Positions 13,996 through 31,000 of a stretch of DNA of 64,000 bases are shown here, piece by piece. Source of the stretch: Bugula neritina. Taxonomy: Eukaryota; Animalia; Bryozoa. Each line of letters begins with the position of its first letter. Position 1 is the stretch's first letter. The stretch lies in the NCBI GenBank assembly GCA_964035545.1, contig OZ037772.1, positions 12,274,818 to 12,338,817 of the forward strand. The letters are read 5' to 3'. A model generated the notes under the pieces. It ran no database searches. It was given only the letters and a program-made list of their open reading frames with translations, and was not told the DNA's origin. The position numbers and the translations under genes are program-made.

Positions 13996-16510
13996 ATGGC
14001 TGACAACAAACCACATTACAGCGCACAGGAACCAGGAGGGCCTCCAGAGCAAGCTGAAGCCGAAGGTGGGAATCACTTGTCTTTCACTTTGACCGATGAC
14101 TCGCTTTCACTTTGAGCTTAACTTTCAGTTTGAGTTTCATGTTTACGTTACTGGTACTGTAAGCCATATACACTTAAAGTTAGTATTTGTGTTGCTCTTA
14201 GTCTTACATTTAGCACTTAGTTTTATTACAAAGTTGAAATTTAAAGTCAATAGCAATGTCCTACTGCTATTGTAGTAAACTTGTGGGTTTTGAATGCAAC
14301 TAGTGCCTACATGCTCTAGAGAGAATAAGCCAAGTATTCTGAATACGAATGAAAATAACTTTATTAGCATCAAATACAGCTTATGTGGTCCTACTACCAG
14401 CGAGCTCCAGTAGTAGTCTGAACTACACTGGAACTCGCTGGCTTTTATATACAAGCGAGACAAAGACATTCCTTTGTTGCCGAGATCGGGGTTCCGAAAT
14501 GCCGAATATCGGCACTTCGGGACTCCGAAATGCCGATCTCAGCAACAAAGGACACACACAAAAGAAAGCAACATTAGTAAAAGAAATATTACATAACTTC
14601 AGAATGCGTATTTCAGTAAAATTACATTATGTTGAGCTTTAACAGTAATTACCATACTTAGGCATTAGCAAGCTAACTTACTTAACTATAATTACAGAAT
14701 TAAGAATGATACGCAACAGTATTTATAATATACTGTTGCACGCTGTTATTTCGAAACTAAAAGAGGGTGAAAATCCATTACACTATTATTAAAGATTGAA
14801 TGATGTTCACGTGATCTTGCTACGCTTCAGTTTCGTATTTTTCTTAAAGTTAATCATAATGAGTAGTACTGGTAGTGGTGCTAATGTAGGTCTACTAATA
14901 GTAGTATTACACTGTTACTGTACACCATTACTGTTAGTGCTGTTACTGTACTAGACGTACCGGCATCCATAGTCGCAGTAAATTACTACTGTTACTGCTA
15001 GTACTATTGCCTATTTCTTATTAGTTATTAGTATTACTAACCAACACTTACAAATCAACAAGTTGTTGGTACTCACTCTCAATCATTCTCATACTTATAG
15101 ATTCATAGTGTCAATGATACTGGTGTGTGATACAGGATCTGATATTAATATCTTATTATTTCAAGCATATGGTTTAAAATTTGCTTTTACTTTTAGTGTT
15201 ACTGTTATTATGTGTATTACAATCACAGTCATTATTATTATGATTATCTGTGTCGCTATGAGTATGACTAGGGCATGGGTATAGTCATAGTGATGGTCTA
15301 TTGGTGATGTTCTTCCTACTACTGCAAAAGTTGCAGGCTAACTACCACCGTGTCTATTGATAATCCTAAATTAAATAATATGATCTATAAACATCTGCCA
15401 TAAATCTATAAAATAAATATTAATAATCTATTATAAATCTATATACATCTATTCTAAGCAAGGTGATAATTTTTGAAAATTAAATGCAAGTGTAACTCAA
15501 TTGATATAGGAGTTACTATGCCATATTTAATTACTTTAATTATATTATTAATAATTTATAGATACTATTTTTTTAACGATTAGTAGTTTTATAATTATAT
15601 GTCAAACGTTGTATATTTTTATGACATGATATTTTGTAGTTGATGTATTTATAAAAATATAAGTTTAATGATCCCTAAGCAGTAATTGATCACATGTTCC
15701 ACAACATTTCTTACTGGCTATAACCTAAAAGATAATGACATTGAACTTGCTGCTAGCCAATCATCAGTTACCAAGGAAAGCTGTCTGTTCCCTTCCCCCT
15801 CTCTATCTATTCTATTCACATCCTGTTTCAATCAATATTTACTGCAAGTTTCTTGAAAAGCTGCTGAACCATGTTGAAATTTCTGATGCGTTTTCAAGAA
15901 CTTTTGTTATGGTTTATCGATTCCCTTCTAATTTAATATTCAACTATTCTAAGCTGTATTGATTGTGAAGATTCATTTCGAAGTCAATGCATAACTGATA
16001 AGGTTTTCTATTTTATGAAGAATTTTCATTTACCAAGTATTGTGTTTGATAACTAACTTAATCAATATTTTCTGATTGTTGAGTGGCTACTTTATTGTCC
16101 CTTGTCAATATTTATGCTATCAACACAAGTATTGCATAAGTTTGAATGTTTCTTAAGTTTTACACAAATATATAGTTGGACAAGCAAGTCTTAGGCATAT
16201 AGATTACATGTGATTACATAGATTACAAAAAATACTGCAAACCCAAACAGGGTTTTGGAAAACCTGCATGGGTTGTAGGACCTGTAAATAAGGGAAACTT
16301 ATGGAATCTTAACTCGGTTCATGATATTTGTTTTTTTATTCCAGAACATTCTATGGGATGCTGTGAGATCTGTCTGTTCATTATTTCGCTGTTCATGGTC
16401 CTTATAACCTTCCCATTCTCTCTGTGCGTCTGCATCAAGGTACTGATTATTACTAGTACTAGTACTACTACTGCTACTGCTGCTGCTACTACTACCACTA
16501 CTACTAGTAC

Positions 16511-16541
<31 letters not shown>

Positions 16542-16580
16542 GCTAGTACTACTACTACTACTGCTACTACTACCACTACA

Positions 16581-16616
<36 letters not shown>

Positions 16617-19600
16617 GCTACTACTACCACCACTACTACCACCACTACTGCCACCACTACTACCACCACTACTACCACCACTACTACTATACTAACTGTC
16701 ATATTCTCATGCACAGTTAATGTTGTATTTTCAGGTGGTGCAGGAGTACGAGAGAGCCGTGATATTTAGACTGGGTAGACTCGTTTCTGGAGGGGCTAAG
16801 GGGCCAGGTAGGGTGCCACCCCATCTCTACATCTCTGTGTACTTACTTGTTGCATTTTTTGTTTAGCCTAATTTTCACTAGAAAATTTGTCAGCCACTCA
16901 ACACCTTTTCCCAATATATTATTAGATATAAGTCTATGACTATGTGTATATTAAGTGTTTATACTTATACTCTGTGTATATGTTATGTATATTATGTATA
17001 TAAGGTGTGTATATTATGATATGTATATATGGTGTATATATTATATGTATATACGATGTGTATATTCTGCTCTACATTGCTTCAAACTTGTAAGGGAATT
17101 TCAATCACCTTTTACTTACTTACTTTGTTACAAGTGAATAATAAACCAGGTACCAGCACAAGGATAGTTTTTAGATATATTAGAATGTATATCTGATATA
17201 TTAAATGTATCATATATATTAGATATGTTAGATGTGTTAGATTAGCATCCACCCTTGTTATACCTGCATTTCTTTGCTAGGAGTAATTCTGATACAAGTG
17301 TGAGGGTTGCTTGCCTAGTTTGAGTTGGGAAGTATTGTCACACTACTATCAGTTACACTACTATTCAGTCATACTACTACTCAGTCACACTAATCAGTCA
17401 CACTACTACTCAGTCACACTACTACTCAGTCACACTACTACTCAATCTCAGTACTCATCACTCTTCATATAATATATTCACTGAGTTATCCCAAGTATTC
17501 CATCAATCCATTGTAACTATGACAAACAAACAGACGAGTATGTAAAGTGACTGAATATTGATTTACTATACTTAAACCAATACTGTTCTAACTCTAGTCA
17601 CATGATACTAAATATACATCATGTGACTTTAGCTGGTGTCGTAACATGAGTGAGGCTGATTCATACACTCCTCCTCATGCCTTATCTTATAGTCATGACT
17701 CTAAACAAGTTTTAATCTTTTCAAATCCTGTCACTTAATTGTTTTATTTATTGCATGTTGGATAATCTCTTCACTAAACACTTAATATTGATACAATGAT
17801 TCAAGGAGGGGGGATTTCAGTTCCTATAGTTGAATCTCCTCCAAATATAGAATAAATAAACTATTCATTTCACTTTACTTATTAGATAATATATATATTG
17901 ATGATATCGGCACCTGAACCCGCCATCTTGGTGCTCCAAGAGTGCTTTTTGTTAAAAAATATTTTGTTATCAAGGAAATAGATTTTATTTTCAGTTTTAA
18001 TAACAAATGAAAAAGATAAAGTAACCTAACTGCTCAACTGGTGTTTATTGAATCTGCATTATTTCACAATGTATAACACAACTCACAATGTATAACACAA
18101 GTGACAATGTATAACACAAGTTACAATGTATAGCACAAGTCACAATGTATAACACAAGTCACTTGAGAGCAATGTCCCTTGTAGTTCTGAAATTAACACA
18201 TCGGTTCTTCAACTCTGTGCATTGTTTAAAATATTATTTGATTTTATTATATGACAATCCTCTCAACACTGGCTACAAATTCAAGCAATTAAATTTCAAT
18301 ATTCTTGGTGGTGAAAGTTTGAAGGGCAGTCATTCCACTTCAAGTAGTTAAACAAGTCAAGTAGCTCTTAATCATTCAAGTCGTTGTAACTCGACCCAAC
18401 TCAGTTAGTTCACAAGAAATGATTTGTTGTTAAACACATTTATATCAAAACTAATATAAATAAAGGAAACTCATTTCCGATACTATTGTAAGTTTACTTA
18501 CTTATTTAGATGAATAAATTAAAAAACAAGAGAGGTTTTATTTGTAATGAAGTTACTGCCCCATAAAGAGATATTTAAATGGTATATTATTTTGAAATCG
18601 ATGCATTATTTAATTCCAGGTTTGTTCTTCATCCTGCCGTGTATGGACAACTACATCAAGGTTGACCTCCGAACTATCACCTTTGATGTCCCACCTCAAG
18701 AGGTAAACTCTCTCATTGTAGTCAACTCTAGACATCATTGTGTGCTTATAGTTCCTCCTGTTGGGAGTCATCAGACATCATTGTGGGGTTCAAATTATTT
18801 CCTTTTTCAACTGATTGTCTCCCGTCTTGAGCTACTTCTAGAATATGGCTACCGCAAAGTCTTGCTTTGGCTACATTGAAAACATTGTGACGCCACAACT
18901 AGGATAGTTGGAGTGCCCTCATTTATTCAGTATTTCCTGTTAGAGCTAAGTTGTTGCTGTTAGAGCTAAAGCTTTGCTGTTAGAGCTAACATGTTTACAC
19001 ACTGAGTACAGTACTGCTACACAGCCGTATAGTAATTAGCTCTACAATGTAGTATGTATGCCAACTCTATCTTGTAGACATTTGGCTCTAAGCCATTTCA
19101 CTCCCTGACATACCATGTGTTTATAACAATTAGCCTTTTAATTGTATTATCTTATTAATTAATTACCTGGTTAGCAGCCCATTTAACATCTCAGAGAACA
19201 AGTTGAAGTGTGAAAGTTAATGGACTGATTTGAGTTAAGATGGAGTTTTCATAGCTGTGTGTTAATTCTGCTGGTGTTTAGCTTTAGCTCCCTAAACTTA
19301 TGCAACTTTTAATCGTTTTTGTCTAAAATTAATTGTAAGTAAAAATACAAATCTCCAATTAAATGAACACTGGCTAAGTTTAATACTATATGCAATCTAC
19401 AGAGTTGCCTTCTCTTCTCACCTGTAGATTCTCACGAAGGACTCCGTCACTGTCTCTGTAGATGCTGTCATCTACTTCCGTATTCAGAACCCGATATTGA
19501 GCGTGACAGCTGTGACTAACGCCCACATGTCCACCCAGCTTCTGGCACAGACCACTCTGCGTAACTTCCTGGGAATCAGGTGTGTATGAGTACGACACTG

Positions 19601-22600
19601 TCGGGTAACACCGACTAGCATGCCTTATTGTACTCTAAGAGTACCTTTAGTGAAATATCAAAGGCATTCGGTGGTCTCTGTTTGCTTTCCACCTTTGTAG
19701 GCTGAATGCATAGAATTGCAAAACATATATTCAAGTTGAAATGCAAGAATAAGAGAGATTAGGATGTGTAACATTTCTTATTAAATAAACATTAGTGAAT
19801 TTCAGTTTTCGATAGTAGCAGACGTTAAAATTAGTTAACACCAGGTTATGTATACCTTAAACTATAATGTGTAGACTGTGTATAGACTGTGTATGACTGT
19901 GTATAACGTTGATATATATTATTATCATATCATTTGTTTAGATCACTATAATCTATACATAACTTATTGTTTCTGTGTAACAGGAGTTTGGGAGAGATTC
20001 TGAGTGAGAGAGAGGCCATAGCCAATGAGCTGGAGACGACACTGGATGCTGCCACTGACCCCTGGGGCATCAAGGTCAGCATCTTGTATTACTGCTATAG
20101 TTGAGTCTCACAGACTAGCATCTTGTGCCTGGCATCACCGTGGTTATTGGGAAAGTGTCAGATGGTGTCAGTTAGCTCAATTCGGCGAAGTTTCTTTCAG
20201 TCTTTGTATTCTTTAGACCTCATTGTTTCCTGTATGAACTGAGCCGAAATGGAAATCTAGTGTTAACTAGATCACACAGAGTTTGACACAAATAATAAAA
20301 AAAAAATCAATTCACTTCGATTCACTCACTCTCACCCACTCAATTTGACTCAATCACTCATACTCTATCACTCTCACCCAGTCACTTTGACTCAATCACT
20401 CATACTCTATCACTCTCACCCAGTCACTCTCACTCAGTTACTCTCACCCAGTCACTCTGATAGCTAATGCTAGACTTTATGTGAACTCACTCTTCCTAGT
20501 GACATAAATAGTGTCTTTGCAATGGAATGCTAGGGATACTGAGGAAACTTTGTGCTATAAGAAGCTGTAGTGGTAGTGACTACTTGTACAGCTGCCAAGC
20601 AGTTTGATGGCTGCCAGATCACATGTCTACACATTCCTGAGAAGTACCTGTACTAATAGACTGGCTCTATTTTTAGTATCTATATTTAGCAGCCGATTGT
20701 CTAATGATTACCTCATTCATGGTCTACATTGTATGTGTTATCTGAGCCCAACTCAGTAACAATAGAGTAGTTACTTGGCCTAGTTGCTCAACTCAAACTT
20801 GTTTACTCAAGCTATTGTTGTCCTACCTGATGACTAGAACAAGGCCTGAGAACACAATACCACGTGCTCCAGTTACGTATGGTGATTATTGTGTATGGAA
20901 TATGTGAGTTGAATTTGTTGAAAGCATGAAAAGAATTGCATAAAACATAATACTCTATGTAAATAATGTTACTATAAGTCTTACAAACACACATTTTACC
21001 AATACTTTGCTGATTGGACAAGTTGAGTTAACTACTGGGGATAGACAGAGGGACAAGCTTGATAATTTAACACAGAATTCACGTAGTAGTTATGCTGATA
21101 CCTCTATTGTTGATAAGGCTGACACCTATGTACACCTTTTGTTTAATTTTAAATTTCTCCTTATTTTTTCTCTTTCCTCAAATTATTGGGTTTCTTTACT
21201 TCAATCACTTCAAATGTATTTCTTAATTTCAGCTGTTTCCAACCAAATGAAATGGTCATTAAACCATGAATATGAATTAGCTGCTTAATCCACTCCAAGT
21301 GTTAGAATACTACATTCACTATGCTAATTCTGTTGACTATTATGTAAATGTGTGTTATTGTTTATCGGTTTTTATGGTTACGACTTGCAAGCTTTTGTCT
21401 TGCATTGAGATCAGAGCCCTTCAAGTTTCAAGTATTTCTCCTCCAAGTGTTCAGCAAGAGATTCAAGTGTTACTATAAATACTGCTATATAGCCTCAGGC
21501 CCCTCATCTACGCCCTTCACCTCACAATATCTCACACTCTTATACAATGTATATTACCAAAGTGTTGATGGAAACTCGTGCTATGGGCTTTAAGAGAGCT
21601 GCTTTTTACTTTTTGCCAAAGTTTAAATGCTCTCCTCGATTTGTGTCCGGGTTTAATAAGCCTATCATAGAGATGGGTTGCGGGTGAGACTCCCATTTAG
21701 CTCATTGGTGGTGTCACTGCAACTGACCATGTGTAGGAAATATTGTGCTCTTAGTGATGTTTTTTCAGTCGCAATTTCGTAAAGATAGAGTTTCAGTAGA
21801 ATTTCTTTACCCAGTATTTTTATTTATAATTTAAATTAATATTTACAGTATTTTTATTTCACTGAAGCCTGTCCCCATTTTCAGAGTTTCGTCTGCTTAT
21901 GTTGTAATAAATAAAGCTACTAAAATTGCTTTGCGTTCCTCTCCATGGTGTTTCAACTTGTATTTAGCTCTACATGCCATGTGTTGCTGTAGGTGGAGAG
22001 AGTTGAGATTAAGGACGTGCGACTCCCCGTCTCTCTACAGAGAGCCATGGCTGCAGAAGCTGAGGCTACGAGAGAGGCCAAGGCTAAGGTGAGGGCTAAT
22101 GCTATATCGGAGTTATCTTTTCTCTTGCAGCATTGGGCCAGTTTGTCTGCTGGAAACCCACTGCTCTGTGTTTGCATCATGCAGGGTCTTTATAGAATAT
22201 ACTTTATTTTCCTTCTCTCCCCTCCATGTATTATCAAGGGGTTTACTGGGTGATCCACCAGTAATATTATATGATGTAGGCTAGAAAGTTCTACTAATAG
22301 GTGTCATAGGAATGCTGGGTGTAAAGTGTTATATTCATATCTTACACTGTACGGCTAGTTTAGTATACAGAGTTGGTCAGTAGTTAGTATGACTCTCAGT
22401 GAGTATTACCAGGTAACAGGGGGTGTGGCTCAGTGAGTATTACCAGGTAACAGGGGGTGTGGCTCAGTGAGTATTACCAGGTAACAGGAGGTGTGGCTCA
22501 CTGAGTATTACCAGGTAACAGGAGTGTGGCTCAGTGAGTATTACCAGGTAACAGGGGACATGGTGTAGTAAGTATTACCAGGAAACCACTGGGAATTGAT

Positions 22601-22973
22601 ATTACTTTATAGTTACACCTTCACAGTTGTTGCTGGAAAACTTTAAGGCCACTTGATATTATTGATTGTTTAAATATTCTTTTTTCATATAATAAATAGC
22701 CTAAGTTCACATAATAAATAGCTTCAGTTCATATAATAAATAGTCTAAGTTCATGTACTAGCCTGTGTTCTACTGTGACAGGTGATCGCTGCCGAGGGAG
22801 AACAGAGAGCCTCCAAGTCTCTGAAGGAAGCCGCTGATGTCATCTCCCAGTCAGGAACGGCTCTCCAGCTCAGATACCTCCAGACTCTCAACAGCATCGC
22901 TGCCGAAAGAAACAGCACCATCATATTCCCGCTGCCTATCGACTTCATGCAGGCGTTTGCCAAGAAAAGTTAG
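13996..22973 (+). CDS. Stomatin / MEC-2-like band 7 (SPFH) protein, paralogue B, ~283 aa, 8 exons
   Basis: Exons 13996-14065, 16345-16439, 16735-16807, 18620-18702, 19428-19579, 19984-20074, 21993-22088, 22782-22973; GT-AG, phases consistent. Motifs [101 protein letters not shown]. Confidence 0.95.
14470..14552. other. 83-bp CpG-rich nested hairpin in stomatin B intron 1
   Basis: tcctttgttgccgagatcgg ... ccgatctcagcaacaaagga outer stem (19/20 complementary) around inner stem ccgaaatgccga-ata-tcggcacttcgg. Confidence 0.75.
16444..16692. repeat. (ACT/ACC/GCT)n microsatellite filling most of stomatin B intron 2
   Basis: Direct reading; produces the poly-Thr / poly-Val pseudo-ORFs in the track. 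Confidence 0.95.
17336..17445. repeat. 16-bp tandem repeat (cagtcacactactact) ~7 copies
   Basis: Direct reading. Confidence 0.8.
18065..18162. repeat. 19-bp tandem repeat (cacaatgtataacacaagt) x5
   Basis: Direct reading. Confidence 0.85.
20320..20459. repeat. CACTC-rich tandem repeat (10-bp subunits, 42-bp duplication)
   Basis: actctcacccagtcactttgactcaatcactcatactctatc repeated. Confidence 0.7.
22397..22582. repeat. 34-bp minisatellite ~5 copies (cagtgagtattaccaggtaacagggggtgtggct)
   Basis: Direct reading; last intron of stomatin B. Confidence 0.9.
22686..22754. repeat. 22-bp tandem repeat x3 just upstream of the last stomatin B acceptor
   Basis: catataataaatagcctaagtt x3. Confidence 0.8.
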
Positions 22974-24256
22974 ACATTGACCTCTTTGTGTGGTGACCTT
23001 CACCTCTGTATAGCAGTGTGCCGGATGGTATTTCTGTGATTACAATATTTGTCAGTTCAACTTACGAATCAGTTGACTTTCATTTAGAATTGTCAATTCC
23101 TGCTAAATCTATACTGTAAGAATAAGTTGCTGATGAAAGTTGTATTCATGGTTGTATCGCTGCATTCTCTATGTTATTTTAAATGTCTTCTCTATTTACA
23201 TTTTTTATTTCATTCGTTTGCTCTATACATTTCAATAATCATTTTCAGTGATCGTTTTCAATGATATTCACACTCCTGTTTTAGTCATTAAAAAAACCAT
23301 TTGACTAGTGGTCATAATCAATTTTTTTATTCAAACATCTTTTGATTATAAATTAAATAGTTTATAATTGATGTATTGAGTTCAAATTATTTTTTTAATT
23401 TATAAACTTGATATTTATAAATTTTAATTATGTCAGTTCTATGTTTTTTAATGGTTTGTGTTTTCGTATGGTTTCTACTTTTTTGCTGCTTGATGTTTAC
23501 CTGAAATTTTGCTGTACATGGCTCTATAATATATTATATTTATTTTTTCTTTGTTGTCAATAAAGCCTTACATATGGTTAATTGAACTCTTCTGCTACCA
23601 AATAATCTCGTAATTCTATAATAAAGCTGATATAGTCATCTTGCGGTCCAAAACTAACTTCTAATTAAAATTGATTGGCTAACAACTCTAATTGTAATGA
23701 AATGCGTGAACCAAAGTTCAAACAACCATATTTTATAATCATAATCTGTATGAGCTTATATTATTTATTGCTTTAGAATAGTTAAATAAAAGAATAAAAC
23801 TCCAGTCTTATCCTACCTGAAAAACTAGAAAAAACATCAAGTTTTTAATCAAAGTTGAAGTTGTCCACCCTCTACTTCTATCATATGCAAGCTATATTTT
23901 GTTCCCAATAATGCATAGTATCAATTACTTAGCAAACAAAATGTGTTTTTGATATCTAGCCATGGTTTTAGCTGAAATAAAGCAATGTAATAAACAAGGG
24001 TCTAAGATTTCTTTGATTCTGACTAGTTCAACTAGCCTAATTACCCCTTCACTAGACATTTATAAAGGACGGCTTTGCATACTACGAGCTGACGTTCTTT
24101 AAACCGAGAGGAGAAAAAATATGTAACCGTTTCCGGTTTGACAACCAAACAAGTATACCAAGGTGAATGTTCAGTAGTTTTCCATTCGGATTCTTGCTGG
24201 TATTTAAGATTTCCTAATTTTGAAAACCGTTAGAAGTACTCTCTCATAAATTTAAA

Positions 24257-26856
<2,600 letters not shown>

Positions 26857-28047
26857 AGCCCGAATCAGCAATAACTATATTTTTTAAAGACGGGAAGGTG
26901 CTCTTTGGGATGTGGAGGTATGAACTTACGTAGAAAGTGACTCAGGCCGTATCGTATCAAAAACATCTCCAGGCACTCACTTAGCTGTTTAAAAATGAAA
27001 TTAATATTTATTTATTATTTTAGACAAACTTAGTTATTAAAGAGATGGCAATACGGATGTTTTAAACTCTTATTCTGTACATATACTTGTTTATATTGTA
27101 AAATATAGTCAAGGTAATACACGGTGCCATTCTGCCTCTTGTAATTATTATTATTATTAGCCATTATAGTGTTTCCATAATATCTTCTACAGAAAACAAT
27201 GAGTTATCAAATAACTATCTATGATACATTAACCATAGAAGGTATAGTTGAACTAGTTTTCTGATGCACATGTGTTGTAAATCAGTGAATATATATTCTT
27301 TTAATGAGAGAGGTGTTATAATACATGCAGTAGTTGTTTCTGTTTACCATCTGCACTAAATCTTCACCTTATTGCATGCCAAGGTCTTTATGTAACAGAA
27401 TTTCATTACTAATGATTGAAATAAAGAAATAGATGAAACTAGCTCAGTCAAAAGTGAGGAATGTATCATAAATGGTTAGGTTATATTGTATTATATACAG
27501 TAAAACTAGTGTAATAATTAGGTTGTGGTAATCTTATAAAATATTGAAGAAAGTTCATTGGGTGTAGATTGCATGCATCACTTTTTAAATATAATACTCT
27601 AAAAATAATATAAAATATACTCTATATATAATAAAAAATATACTATTTATATTGTAATATATAAAATATAAAAATATATCATTATATAAATATAGGATAT
27701 ACTTAATAAAAATATATGAAAATATAAAACATAATGTATACATAATATAATTTATTTAAAAATTTAGTAAAATCCAAATCACAATATGAGTTCAAGGTCG
27801 ACAGTGCTCTACTTCACCTGACACACTAACTCTCTCGTACTGAATAATCTACACGAGAACTGTGAGCTGTAATAAGAACAGCACTGTGACGCCACACCAC
27901 TCTCTACACGCACTGCTCCCTCATGCCATCCTGCAACAGCCTCTCTGGGAGTTCTGGAAGTTGTCTGCCCATCAACATTCAGCCAACTGGAAATCGTCTA
28001 GTCGCTGAATTTAGGATTTGTCTTCCCTCTGTTAGTACTGCACCCAG

Positions 28048-31000
28048 TTATTTCTTGTTTACTAGTCGGAATGACTCAGAGTCTCTGCTGATGCCGTGCT
28101 GGAGTCCACTTCTACACACGCATGTGGTGTGCAGCAGCATGATCAGCTACAACAGCAAGATTGCTCGTCAGCAAAGTGTGCAGTATACAACAATTACGCA
28201 GTTCATTATTGTGTGCGGCTAAATTCGCTACCTGACGTATGTTCACACCATTTTAAAATCACTTTAAAAGCTTAAACAAATTTAAATCATGAAAAGTAAA
28301 GTTACAAGGAGGAGAACTGGCTAAGTTACAAGCAATGAAACTTTGCCAACTACTATTAGCCATTTGACCTCAGTAGCGATGACCTCAAGGGACACCAGCT
28401 GACCCCACCTAACCTCTAGTAAGCTCAAGTGACCTGAGGTCACCTCAAAGGAAACCAGGTCGGATATACTCACCATGAGGAACACCTTCACTGCTATCAC
28501 AGAGGTAAACCAGATGTCGTCATAAGATATGAAGTGTGAGTCCAGATCCTCTTTACATCCCTGAAATCATCAGATAGCCTTAAATCCTAGCAGTTATTAT
28601 CAAGTTACATTAGGTTGACCACACATACACCCCCTATCTGCCCTTTTATGCCTTTTAGTAGACTCGGCATATAAAATTTAAATGAAGAGTAAATTGAATG
28701 TTGGACGATTTGAAAACAGGTTTTAACTGGTTCAGGGTTCAGATTATCATGTTTGCATTTAAATACAACCCAGTCTTATTTATAATTTATTAGAATGATC
28801 ATTTGTGAAATGTTTATGAAGAGGGTTATATATGTACCTTGGTAGCACTAATACCACATGGAGCTGAGTCTGCCGCTATCTCGCCACTCCAATATTTAGC
28901 ATGTTGGAAGTCGTCTCCACTGTTGATACCACAGCAGGCGGCCTAAATACATACAACACATTGGCACTGTGAGTTGGTGACCTGGCATAGCTTGTTATCT
29001 ACCACAGTGTAGAAAATATGCTACTATAAAATTGCCTGTCATTTCAACTGATTTATATCTATACCAGGTTTCAGAGTTGATTGATGCTTTGCTATCCCTA
29101 GATGACACGGTTCATGGAAAGTATCTCTAGTAATAATAGTCTTACAAGGCACTCACGTTTTTACCCAGCAAGTTCCAAGAATTGGTGATGTGCTCAAACC
29201 CTGCCTTCCCGTACATATCAACTATTGTGTGGTTGAGAGACGACTCCAACTCTGCCAAAATCTACAGAGTTTAATGAAACAAGTTGTATACTAATATTTC
29301 TATGATCACACAAAACACATGTCATAATTATTTAGGCCTTACAATGTAGAGTGCACTAATCCAGAATATACAGTTGCACAGCTAGTTGGTAGTAAATGGA
29401 TGAAGAAATATAATAACAAGTTGTAGTGACGTACCGAATCTTGAGCCTTGAACTTGTATATAACTCCAGTGACATCAGCTGCCACGGTAACCAATAGCAA
29501 CAGAGTGCTCTGTAACACAGGAAGTAGATATGATTACCAGTTGCATCACAGCGATTGCTCCTTGTTACTAGATTTCACTATCTGTTGCAGTTGAATTTCA
29601 ATTTCAATGATTCAACGTATTTTGTTTTAAATAGAATTGAATTAAAAGTTGCTATTAAAACTAAGTTTCTCAATCAATTTGATGCTTCATTTTCCTGCTG
29701 ACTCGCACTTGAACTTTGACGATCAACTAACTTACCAAACTTATCAGGCACCTGGATGACTTGCATGTCGACACGATGTGCATAACGGCAGCGACAAACA
29801 TCAGTGCAGCCAGCCCCAAGGCAGCATACCACGTGTACTACAAACATGTTTATAATTATATTATTATATTGTATAATTATATTATTATATTGTATAATTA
29901 TATTATTATGCTGTATAATTATATTATTATATTTATTATTATATTATATAATTTATAATACATTATAATAGCTAAGTATTCACTTGCATGAGTAGAAAAA
30001 TAAAATTATTTCTTTCTTTAAATTAAGGAATTGCCATCATATTTATAAGAGTAAATAGATCCTCAGTATATGAAAGAACTCATATAACAGGTGAGCTGTA
30101 TATATACATAAGTAATTATATAATGTATGTATATTATAGTTTCTAATATTGACAGCAAGCTGTTTGAGTCATCTAAGAGTTGACTGAGTCAACAGATATT
30201 ATATTATATTATACCTCTAACAGTATTTATTTAATAATAGCAATATGGCTAACTTTATTGTGATACAAGTTACACTTGTAAACTGTATTTCTTTTAGCTA
30301 AACACAAATCGTATCACCTTATTTTTACCAAAATAAAGAGTAAATAAGGCGGACATATAGAGTCACACTAACACATAAGTACACACATACCATTGTCAGG
30401 TTAATGATGGTTACGTTCTTGTATATCCCTGTACCGGGAAGCAACTCCAACAAGTCATGAAAATAGTCGGGGTTAGCAGCTTGTTTGGGAAGTGCCTCTA
30501 TTTTAAACGCCATAAAACCCAGCATGGCCAGGGCAAATATCTACACAGGGAGAAAACAATAGTTATAGTAAACATTGACCTATATTATTATATAATAATA
30601 TTATTCATATAGAATATAATATGATACTAGAAATTTTTTGAGACTGACTAATTCTGGCCACCTACTAACTCCGCCTACTGACCCCACCCACTAGCTCCAC
30701 CCACACCTACAGAAAGCTCTGTGTCATAGGATTGTCTTATATAACAGAATTCCTACCAATAAATAGGACGGGCATTGGCATTAAGCTGATTAGCTTATAA
30801 TAACAGCTTAAATGCAGTAACTTCAACTCATGACGTAGTTCACTGTAAAATCATTCAGCTACTGCAGCCTATAATTGGTATTCAAAAACAGTTTGTGACC
30901 TGAAATTTGATTCACTTGATATTTATTTGAAAATCACAGAAAATCATGAAATGGCATTGGATGTGGCAATGTACAGGTCAACCCTTGTAATTAACTGATA

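Noticed and set aside
16319-16769. Poly-Thr mucin-like / poly-Val ORFs; retained-intron isoform
   Set aside because: (ACT)n microsatellite in a 295-nt intron; retention would frameshift stomatin B.
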